From Chloroflexia bacterium (GTDB lineage: Bacteria; Chloroflexota; Chloroflexia; QHBQ01; JADMIH01): a stretch of 57,748 bases of DNA. Within the stretch, counting starts at the first letter, position 1; each line of letters opens with the position of its first letter. This document shows, one piece after another, positions 35,901 to 42,903 of the stretch. Under the pieces are notes generated by a model. The model searched no databases. It was not told the origin of the DNA and saw nothing but the letters and a program-made list of their open reading frames with translations. The DNA lies in the NCBI GenBank assembly GCA_036388595.1, contig DASVRN010000308.1, forward strand, positions 1 to 57,748, read 5' to 3'. The translations under genes and the position numbers were made by a program.

Positions 35901-36002
35901 CTGACCTTCCACTCCGGCCCGTCAAACCTGATGCAGCTTACGAACGGCGGTATGAACCTCCTGGCTACAGTGACAGGTGCGCAGGTGGCAATCAGCAAGT
36001 AA
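32904..36002 (+). CDS. large secreted multidomain protein: CarboxypepD_reg-like, SpoIID/LytB-like, PA14, dockerin-like and cohesin-like modules
   Basis: GGAGGG RBS and ATG 32904 give the signal peptide MLFLRRFLANKTARVALALCFLTGAALQA. SpoIID-like YVKHVLPSEW...LQAGAMAVKTYAWYW...DNTEDQVYD. PA14-like GVYEFTLRSDSGVRLWIDN. Dockerin pair GDVNGDNCVTVDDYSYL and ADLNNDGAVSMSDVSLL. Cohesin-like C-terminus. Confidence 0.85.
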   Translation: MLFLRRFLANKTARVALALCFLTGAALQAIPLNLFPSQLAVAESSANGADAPAVEGWVKDRTGSAPVAGAQVTLNGSVSATTTTDAEGYFSFAANAAQLESATGEQGLPVSVQVSAPGHGSWSISDAKYFSGAALRVHAQLPAPDEPPAIHTAASPSGENLEEQIAGGFSPPEADAESRNQMALDRAFAQVDALAANSALVPPATIRVYRTATGQVEVVPFREYVKHVLPSEWIPTWKMSSLQAGAMAVKTYAWYWVARGGKQVALGADVKDNTEDQVYDPNLSYSTTDEAVDATFNYAMTRGGALFQAQYCAGSYDADPAGECPWPGPYMTQWGSAWHADQGRSWGWLIQFYYSDAVVTPAPPGGGYEGPPPAPPAPPAPPAARQPEPTPVPANFEVGQGSDYPQAFREAFERNGGTAALGRPTGPVRWWLPYVSEHNVVAQRFSGADGKGNTWLVFDVLKVPNMGVSRAYLLSGALATAYATHEPPGPEWLGAPTSDPFTVGGGAATRQGFVRGVLTLSGDKIEAAPWPQSFPNWKAEYFAGHQAPSPQLAPPHDLPGHPASVQDVTSPSFAWSADQQKPYSVGAGKADWSVQFTRQEETAGGVYEFTLRSDSGVRLWIDNLLAVNGWHWNTLQQERYTAELSPGAHQIRVQYYNLDASAELGFEMKKPGSATPPAAASAPVAPPQPQQPPQAPGTAQLRVRVQWLGRGAAPSDSWVQPLTLQLSTPGSAAVVGTFQGATDRDGVAHYSGLPAGIYNVHVKGPHSLQSARANIALTAGASQELDMKTQVEGDVNGDNCVTVDDYSYLQARMGTHRGMEGFGATADLNNDGAVSMSDVSLLRSGFDRCGDVSADAQFSLQSASAAPPLSQVLAPWLRPDTLARNLGLSIWTSADQVRVGDYVDVAVLAETGAQAIDGAAFVVKFDPSVLVPVGAGGGPAFGMEPGVALPSVMGNWVDGNGGAAGFSAGMLQGEAPSGQVVLAKLRFRVVAAPANGATALTFHSGPSNLMQLTNGGMNLLATVTGAQVAISK

Positions 36003-36045
36003 AGTCGTTCGTGATAGCGTCATCAAAGCCATGAATTAGTGCGAG

Positions 36046-36078
36046 AGAGGCAGGTACAAAGTTTGTACCTGCCCCTCT
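36046..36078. terminator. hairpin between convergent large genes
   Basis: AGAGGCAGGTACAAA pairs with TTTGTACCTGCCCCTCT (one 2-nt bulge). There is no strong U-tract. Confidence 0.45.
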
Positions 36079-36148
36079 TGTCAGTGTCACAGCCGCCATA
36101 CCGCTCGTTGGTCGCCTCCTGGCGTCCGGTATTTCAACAAAGAGGGAG

Positions 36149-38563
36149 CTAAGGGCTGGCTGTACCTAACTGGTTGTAGCGCCAGTCGTAATAGTGCCTT
36201 CCGACGTTCGCCATCTCCACCTGCCAGCCGGGGGGATTGTCCGCCACATAGGTGAGCACGCGCCGCTGGAACGCCTGCACCAGTACCCACTTGCTTGTGC
36301 CCGCGATTCTTACATTTGTCCAGTATGGCTCGGTGATAGGATAGCCCAGGTCCGCTTCCCAGTCGATTATAGTCTCTTCAGCGATGGGTATCGTCTGCAT
36401 GAGAGCGCTGGAGCCGCTACCTTCCGCCGACTCCCCTTCTTCGACCCCCTCACCCACGTTAGCGGCCGCGCCAGGGCTTGTGACTTGCACCGGGCCTTTC
36501 TGGTTGATAAAGCTCCAGAAGACGTCGGGTATGTTATGGCCCAGCACAGGCTCGTACCTGACGAGGCGGATACTACCCGCACGCGCCGGGTCGTCTTTGA
36601 CCGTACCGCTCCTGTCGAGCACCGCCGTGACCTGCTGCCCCGTGCGGTCCGCGGCCCGCTTGTCGCCGTTCAAGGAGGCTACAGGCGCCAGTGAAGCGTA
36701 CGTCAGGGCGTCGGAGCTGTCGGCGTCTCCCGCCACGGGGATCTGCGCGGGTGGCCGGGCCGCCTCGAACTCATTATTTCCCGCCTGAACCCTGCCGCTG
36801 AGCAGTTCCACGACCAGGAGGCCGTTGGTGACGAAGAACCTACCGGTCGGGTCGGCACCGGGGTTGTTTATTTCCATGCGGGCCTTGTCGAAGTACTGCA
36901 CGTCCCTGAGGCCGCGGCGGCCCTGCGCGTAAGCTTCCCGGGCCGCCGCGAAGCTCACAGGCCCCCACACCCACGGACGGCTGGCTCTACCCAGCAGTAC
37001 CGGCCGGTCGGTGCGCTGCCACTTGCGCAGGAATGCCGCATCAAAGAAGCCTGTCAGGGGCTGGGGCGAAGGCACGGCAACCGGTGCGGGCCGCGTGGGC
37101 ACCGGGGCGGGGCTTTGCGGACCCTCCTTCGACCCAAACGCCGCGAAGTAGATGTCCTGGTCGCCGTTGCGTGTATCTACCCATGCTGTGTAGACCTTCG
37201 AGCCGTCCGTTGAGGTATCTATGGCTATATAGTCGCCTATGAGAACGCCCTGGAAGCCGATTGTAGGATCGCTGGGCGTGCGGCTCAGAGGCTCCTGGGT
37301 GAAGGTCGCACCGCCATCAGTGGAGGTGGCGTAGTAGGGCAAATAGAGCTTATTAGCCGGGTCGTCCCTGCGGTCCAGCCAGAGGAGGTGCACGGTGCTG
37401 TCTCTACCCACGGTCACCGTTGGGAAGAACTGGTCCTTCCTGGGCCGTGCCGGATCGTCGTTGACGCGCCGTGCCGCGGTCCAGGTCACACCGCCGTCGG
37501 TGGAGCGCGACAGCATCACGTCGCTGTCGTCATTGCGATAATCGTTCCAGGTAGCATAGAGCGCCCCGCTCGTGGGGTCTACCGCCAGTGCGGGGAGCAC
37601 GAAGATGCGGAAATCGCTCCCCGGCAGCGGGCTTGGGGGTCTTGAAACGGTACTCACCCTGGTGGCTTGAGAAAAGGTCTGCCCTCCATCGGTGGAGCGC
37701 ACAATGTATAGGCCGCGACCCGGACCGGGGTCATTGGCTGAGGAGGGGGTATCGCTGTAGTAGAGCACGTACAACTCGCCGTTCGGGCCCGTGGCCGGGA
37801 ACGACCCCTGCGTCTCGTCCTGGGCCGGTAGGCTTACCCTTAGAGGCGGAGAGAAGGTCTGGCCCCCATCCGTTGACCTGGAGACGACGATATCTCCGCG
37901 TTCGCTGCGGGGGTTCACGCTGGAGAAGAGCGTCCAGCTAACGTAGATAGTGCCCCTGGTCGCCGGGTTGTTGCTCCTATCTACTGTGATCCACTCTTTA
38001 TCGTGGAAATTGATGGCGTCGTGCCCTGCCACCTGCCTAGGCTGCTCCCAAGATTGCCCACCGTTGGTGGAGCGCGCCACATAGATGCCGCCCACGGTGA
38101 GATCGTTCTGGTTGTAGCCTATGATGGCGAGGTAGGCGGTGCCATCGGCGGCGAAGGCGAGTACCGGGTCGCTGGCGTTGGGTAGCTCGCTGGCCCCCGT
38201 GCCCAGGTGCCCGTCCGTCCAGGTGCGGCCGCCATCCGTGGAGCGGTAGTACCAGACTTGCTTCGGCCCGGTCCGCCAGTCCTTGGCGGCCACAAGGATA
38301 TTGTTAGGGTTGGTGGGGTTCACTGCCAGCGTAGGCTCGTGCTGGTCGGCGGTGGTGACCTGGTTGGCGCGTATGTCCATCACATCATCAGGTGCCGCGC
38401 TCGAGTCTTGCGGGGCAGCCCAGTACGCACCTAGTAGGCCCAGTAGCACCACGAGGAGCACGGCTGCCAGCCTACCCTGCGCGCGCAAAGCCACACTTTT
38501 ATTACTTCGCCAGTTTAACATCGCTGAGTTCCTGACTGGGAGGGGCCATAAAGGGGTCGTCAT
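36149..38563 (-). CDS. secreted BNR/Asp-box repeat (sialidase-fold-like) protein with an uncharacterised C-terminal region
   Basis: Six Asp-boxes (STDGGRTW, STNGGQSW, STDGGQTF x2, STDGGVTW, STDGGATF). N-terminal hydrophobic anchor LAAVLLVVLLGLLGAYW. Start may instead be at 38521. Confidence 0.85.
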   Translation of the reverse strand: MTTPLWPLPVRNSAMLNWRSNKSVALRAQGRLAAVLLVVLLGLLGAYWAAPQDSSAAPDDVMDIRANQVTTADQHEPTLAVNPTNPNNILVAAKDWRTGPKQVWYYRSTDGGRTWTDGHLGTGASELPNASDPVLAFAADGTAYLAIIGYNQNDLTVGGIYVARSTNGGQSWEQPRQVAGHDAINFHDKEWITVDRSNNPATRGTIYVSWTLFSSVNPRSERGDIVVSRSTDGGQTFSPPLRVSLPAQDETQGSFPATGPNGELYVLYYSDTPSSANDPGPGRGLYIVRSTDGGQTFSQATRVSTVSRPPSPLPGSDFRIFVLPALAVDPTSGALYATWNDYRNDDSDVMLSRSTDGGVTWTAARRVNDDPARPRKDQFFPTVTVGRDSTVHLLWLDRRDDPANKLYLPYYATSTDGGATFTQEPLSRTPSDPTIGFQGVLIGDYIAIDTSTDGSKVYTAWVDTRNGDQDIYFAAFGSKEGPQSPAPVPTRPAPVAVPSPQPLTGFFDAAFLRKWQRTDRPVLLGRASRPWVWGPVSFAAAREAYAQGRRGLRDVQYFDKARMEINNPGADPTGRFFVTNGLLVVELLSGRVQAGNNEFEAARPPAQIPVAGDADSSDALTYASLAPVASLNGDKRAADRTGQQVTAVLDRSGTVKDDPARAGSIRLVRYEPVLGHNIPDVFWSFINQKGPVQVTSPGAAANVGEGVEEGESAEGSGSSALMQTIPIAEETIIDWEADLGYPITEPYWTNVRIAGTSKWVLVQAFQRRVLTYVADNPPGWQVEMANVGRHYYDWRYNQLGTASP

Positions 38564-38621
38564 TTCGAGTCTATTTTGCGGTGGTCTTGTCTGTCAAGGT
38601 ATTTCTTGTAATTGTTGTACT

Positions 38622-40052
38622 TTATGGGATATGTAGCTCAAAGGCTGGCTCCGGATGGACTGTAACTCGATATATCTCCGGTATAGCATCACGGACCACC
38701 TGCTCTATCTCAGCAGTCCTGGTATGGGCTGTTGCGATGGGTAGCGTATCGGGCATGTAGTAATGGAGGGTCACTACTAGTCCCAGGTCGGACTTTAGCA
38801 CCTCGATGTCATGCACTCCCTGAATAGCCCCGGTCACCTGCGCGATCCTTGTGGCGACGTTACGACTTTCAGCATCCTCCCAGAGGCTATATAGTTCTTC
38901 GTGCCTCGGCTCGATATGGACTTGCACTGCGGCACTCTGTAGTTCTGAGGTGAGTGTGGCTTCCAGGCGGTCGGCCTGCTCGTGGGCTTCGCGCAGGGAG
39001 AGGTCGGCGGGCACTTCCATGTGCATGTCCAGGCGCAGGCCCGAAGGCGTATCGAAGGCCCTCACGTGATGTACGCCCAGGCCTAGCCTCGCCGCCGTAA
39101 CTGTGGCGGCCTCTACCGCGCTCTCGGATTGGGAGGCGACTGGCTGCGTGTGCACCACGACGTCGGCATGGGGAAGTACCGTCTGCACCCGCGAGACGAC
39201 TTCCTGGGAGACCTCACGGGAGCGTTCCAGGGAGAGTCCGCGCGCCACATTTATCGAAACGTCTGCGTAGGGTTGGTCGCCCACGAAGCGCACGCGCGCC
39301 GCGGGGCTGCCTATCATATTGGGGGTGCCCTCAGCCGCCGCCACCACTTCACTGACCAGGCCGGGGGGCACTCGGTCCGTCAACGCATGGACAGCCCGCA
39401 CGGCCAGTTGAGCCGCTACTCCCAGGATTATGAACGCCACAAGGGCACCGGCGGAGGCGTCCACCAGTCCCAGCGCCTGGGCGGGCCAGCCAAGGAACGT
39501 ACCAAGTGTCACAATGAGCAGGCCGAAGAGGACTGCCAGGGAGCCGAGCAGGTCGGTGGCGAAGTGGGCCGCATCGGCCGCGAGCGCTGCGCTCCCATGC
39601 TCGTCAGCCACCCTCCTCAGGTATCGCGAGCGTGAGTAGTCCACCGCCACGGCCACCACCAACACCCCGATGCCGAGCCAGTTTTGCTGAGGCACAACGT
39701 GCTCGCCCACCATTCGCTCGAAAGCCTCCCGCAAGATGCCAAGGGCGGTGAGCGAAAGTATACCGACGGCCACTAACGCGGACAGGCTCTCTACCTTCGC
39801 GTGGCCGTAAGGATGAGTCGCATCAGGCGGACGGCTGGATATCCGCACGGCGGCATAGCTGAGCACGGTGCCTACCAGGTCCATAGCCGAGTGCAACGCT
39901 TCCGAAAGCAGGCCGAGGCTGCCGGAGATCAGGCCCGCTACCAACTTGGCAGCGGTCAGCAGCACAGCCACCAGCATGGAAGAAAGCGCAGCCCAGTTCT
40001 TCTCCCGGCTGCGCTGGTCGTGGGTCTTCGTCTGTAAACCGTGAGTGTGCAT
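38622..40052 (-). CDS. cation diffusion facilitator (CDF) transporter with an extended, repeated C-terminal cytoplasmic region
   Basis: Six-TM core with HSAMD and HFATD metal-site motifs, followed by three tandem ZT_dimer-like segments ending VVVHTQP, VQVHIEP and VTVHPEP. Confidence 0.9.
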   Translation of the reverse strand: MHTHGLQTKTHDQRSREKNWAALSSMLVAVLLTAAKLVAGLISGSLGLLSEALHSAMDLVGTVLSYAAVRISSRPPDATHPYGHAKVESLSALVAVGILSLTALGILREAFERMVGEHVVPQQNWLGIGVLVVAVAVDYSRSRYLRRVADEHGSAALAADAAHFATDLLGSLAVLFGLLIVTLGTFLGWPAQALGLVDASAGALVAFIILGVAAQLAVRAVHALTDRVPPGLVSEVVAAAEGTPNMIGSPAARVRFVGDQPYADVSINVARGLSLERSREVSQEVVSRVQTVLPHADVVVHTQPVASQSESAVEAATVTAARLGLGVHHVRAFDTPSGLRLDMHMEVPADLSLREAHEQADRLEATLTSELQSAAVQVHIEPRHEELYSLWEDAESRNVATRIAQVTGAIQGVHDIEVLKSDLGLVVTLHYYMPDTLPIATAHTRTAEIEQVVRDAIPEIYRVTVHPEPAFELHIP

Positions 40053-40130
40053 GCGCTCCTCAGGCGTTCATAGCGCCTCCCCACCGCTATTATCTCACAT
40101 GTCGTGCCACTCCCCTACTGGGGAAATCGC

Positions 40131-40159
40131 TTGACTCCCCCCGGCGCCACTCTTATAAT
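40131..40159 (+). promoter_or_regulatory. near-consensus sigma70 promoter for the wzm/wzt-like operon
   Basis: TTGACT (40131-40136), 17-nt spacer, TATAAT (40154-40159). Confidence 0.55.
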
Positions 40160-40231
40160 TCCGGGATAGAACCCCACAGCCGCACGGCCGTTAATAGTGC
40201 AGACCAGATTTTTCACGCCTGGACTTTCATA

Positions 40232-41062
40232 TTGTTAGCACGAGCACGTCAGTCAATCCTCTACCGCGATCTGCTGTACAACCTGGTTGTACGGGACCTT
40301 AAGGTCCGTTATAAACACTCGTTCCTTGGCTTCTTCTGGTCTCTCCTGAACCCGCTGCTTCTGATGGCGGTGTTCACCTTCGTCTTCTCTACGTTGCTTG
40401 GAGCGAGCAGTACGTACCCCATGTATCACATCTTCTTCCTGTGCGCCCTGCTGCCGTGGAACTGGTGTGCGAGTTCGACTATGGGGACGCTGGGCAGCAT
40501 CGTCAACAACGGGCACCTCATCAAGAAGGTCTACTTCCCCCGCGAGTTCCTGCCCTTTTCGGCAGTCGTGTCGAACATGATCAACTACCTGCTGTCCCTC
40601 CCGGCACTGCTGATATTCATGCTCGCATTTCGGTCAGCCGAGGCGGGGGACGCGTTCAGCGCGTCTTGCAAGCACGCGTGCATCAACGGCCACCTGCTCT
40701 GGCTGCCCCTCCTGATACTTACGCAGGCGGCGTTCCTGGTCGGGCTGGGCTTCTTCCTGTCGGCACTCAACGTCTTTTTCCGCGACACGAGCGTGCTAGT
40801 TGAGGTAGGTCTGAACGCGTGGTTCTTCCTTACGCCGATTATCTATGACGCTCGGACGCTCACTGCCTTTCCGACCCTCATGTACTATCTGAACCCTATG
40901 GCCTCTATTATCACCAACTACCGGGACATCTTCTATTACAACCAGGCAGGCAGCCCCGACCCTCTCTTCATGCTGCGCACGTTAGCCGAGTGCACGATCA
41001 TCCTGGTCTTGGGCTATCTCTTCTTCATGCGCACGAGCCGCAGCTTTGGCGAGGAGATTTAG
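40232..41062 (+). CDS. ABC-2 type polysaccharide/teichoic-acid exporter permease (Wzm/TagG-like)
   Basis: LVVRDLKVRYKHSFLGFFWSLLNPLL is the characteristic N-terminal motif. Six hydrophobic segments. TTG start at 40232 has no clear RBS. Confidence 0.85.
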   Translation: MLARARQSILYRDLLYNLVVRDLKVRYKHSFLGFFWSLLNPLLLMAVFTFVFSTLLGASSTYPMYHIFFLCALLPWNWCASSTMGTLGSIVNNGHLIKKVYFPREFLPFSAVVSNMINYLLSLPALLIFMLAFRSAEAGDAFSASCKHACINGHLLWLPLLILTQAAFLVGLGFFLSALNVFFRDTSVLVEVGLNAWFFLTPIIYDARTLTAFPTLMYYLNPMASIITNYRDIFYYNQAGSPDPLFMLRTLAECTIILVLGYLFFMRTSRSFGEEI

Positions 41063-41064
41063 CC

Positions 41065-42579
41065 ATGTCGAGTGTAGTGAGCCCCAAGAAACAGATCAGC
41101 ACTTCACCACCAGACCCTGTGGGCGCACAGGACGGTCCCTCGAATGGCCGCGGCCTCGTTGCAGGACCCCCGCAGGCTGTGACTCACGCGACGGCCGCGC
41201 AGGCCGCTCAGCGGCCTCTCAAGGTCATCAAGTTCAGCAAGGTGAGCAAGAGGTTTATCTTGCATCACGAGCGACCCCGCTCCTTCCAGGACATGGTAGT
41301 CAGCCTGTTCGGATTGCGCACCCTCTCGAAACGAGGAGTCGCCATGCCGATGCCCGCCAACGAGGAGTTCTGGGCGCTCCGCGATGTAAACTTTAGCATC
41401 TACGCGGGGGAAGCCGTCGGCATCATAGGCGAGAACGGTTCCGGCAAGTCCACCACGCTCAAGCTGATCTCGCGCATACTGGAGCCGACAGCGGGTGGCG
41501 TCTCAGTGCGGGGCAAGGTATCGGCGCTACTGGAACTCGGTACCGGGTTCCACCCCGAGCTAACGGGGAGGGAAAACATCTTTTTAAACGGTTCGCTGCT
41601 CGGTCTCTCCCGCAAAGAGATGGCGGCCCGCTATGACACAATCGTTGACTTCTCCGAAATCGGTGAGTTCATAGACACGCCCATCAAGCACTACTCGTCG
41701 GGTATGGTCATGCGGCTGGGGTTCGCCGTAGCCATCAACGTGGACCCCGATATCCTGCTTACGGACGAGGTGCTTGCGGTTGGTGACGAGGCGTTCCAGC
41801 GTAAATGCCTCGATTACATCTCCATGCTCAGGCGGCGAGGTGTCACCATTGTGTTCGTTTCGCACGCCTTGGACGCCGTACGCTCACTGTGCAGCCGGGC
41901 TATCTGGCTCGACCACGGCCGCATGATTGCCGACGGTCCGGCAGGTGAGGTTGTGGACCGCTACCTTGCATACGAGAACGAGAAGCACACCGAAAGGCTG
42001 AAGGCAGAGCAGGAGAGCCGACCCGCCAACATGCCGTCCGCCCCCAGCCGCCCGGAGCCAATGGACAGCGTTGAAGACGACGAAGAGATGCTGCCCCACT
42101 CTGAAGCCAGTGATGCGGTCCAGGAACCTGCCGTGACGGCGCGGGCAGATGTTAAGATTACTGGCATCAGTTTCCTGGACGGAGGTGGAGCGCCATCCCA
42201 GGTCTTCCGCAGCAATGAGCCGCTAACGATTCGCTTACACTTCGAGGCCCGCGACCGTGTGGAAGACCCCATTTTTGGCATTGCCATTTACACCGAGGGC
42301 GGCACCCACGTCAACGGGCCGAACACACGCTTTGCCGGGCTGTCCATTCCCGCCATTGAAGGCACGGGTCACGTAGACTACCATATCGACCGCTTGCCCC
42401 TGCTCGCGGGACGCTACTTTGTCACGGTGGCGGTCACAGGCAGCGAGATGACCGACATACTGGACCACCAGTACCGCGCCGCCAGCTTTGTCGTCCAGCC
42501 CACACCGGAAGTAGCCGAGCGCATGGGCCTGCTCCTTATTCCGGCGCGGTGGAGCTTCCACCTAGACGAGGCAGAGTAG
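41065..42579 (+). CDS. ABC exporter ATP-binding protein (Wzt/TagH-like) with a C-terminal beta-sandwich extension
   Basis: GAGGAG RBS and ATG 41065. Walker A GENGSGKST, signature YSSGMVMRL, Walker B ILLTDEVLAVGD. About 150-aa C-terminal domain (Wzt_C-like by position). Confidence 0.9.
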   Translation: MSSVVSPKKQISTSPPDPVGAQDGPSNGRGLVAGPPQAVTHATAAQAAQRPLKVIKFSKVSKRFILHHERPRSFQDMVVSLFGLRTLSKRGVAMPMPANEEFWALRDVNFSIYAGEAVGIIGENGSGKSTTLKLISRILEPTAGGVSVRGKVSALLELGTGFHPELTGRENIFLNGSLLGLSRKEMAARYDTIVDFSEIGEFIDTPIKHYSSGMVMRLGFAVAINVDPDILLTDEVLAVGDEAFQRKCLDYISMLRRRGVTIVFVSHALDAVRSLCSRAIWLDHGRMIADGPAGEVVDRYLAYENEKHTERLKAEQESRPANMPSAPSRPEPMDSVEDDEEMLPHSEASDAVQEPAVTARADVKITGISFLDGGGAPSQVFRSNEPLTIRLHFEARDRVEDPIFGIAIYTEGGTHVNGPNTRFAGLSIPAIEGTGHVDYHIDRLPLLAGRYFVTVAVTGSEMTDILDHQYRAASFVVQPTPEVAERMGLLLIPARWSFHLDEAE

Positions 42580-42587
42580 CGTAAGCT

Positions 42588-42637
42588 GGAGAAAGGGAAG
42601 GGAGAGTGCAAGGTCGCACTCTCCCTTCCCTTTCTCC
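42588..42637 (+). terminator. 22-bp perfect hairpin after wzt (purine-rich and pyrimidine-rich arms)
   Basis: GGAGAAAGGGAAGGGAGAGTGC (42588-42609), AAGGTC, GCACTCTCCCTTCCCTTTCTCC (42616-42637). No U-tract. Confidence 0.55.
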
Positions 42638-42687
42638 AAACCTCGGGCACAATGGAACCTATCTTACAAATCTTGAGTGGGAAACTA

Positions 42688-42866
42688 GCACCCAAGCCCC
42701 TTCCTTGTCATTTCGAACGCAGTGAGAAATCTCGTCCTCCAGCACCCAAATACCACTTTTCTTTTATTAACGTTGCCTCACGACGAACCACAAGAAAGAG
42801 GAGCCATCTCGGTGAAGGACGAGATTTCTCACTGCGTTCGAAATGACAAGGAAGGGGCTTGGGTGC
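42688..42866. repeat. MITE-like palindromic element, copy 2
   Basis: Perfect 51-nt inverted repeat, 42688-42738 with 42816-42866 (GCACCCAAGCCCCTTCCTTGTCATTTCGAACGCAGTGAGAAATCTCGTCCT). Same family as 20371..20540. Confidence 0.8.
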
Positions 42867-42903
42867 TCTTATCCGGCTCCGGCATTTATGAGATCGCTTA
42901 CAA

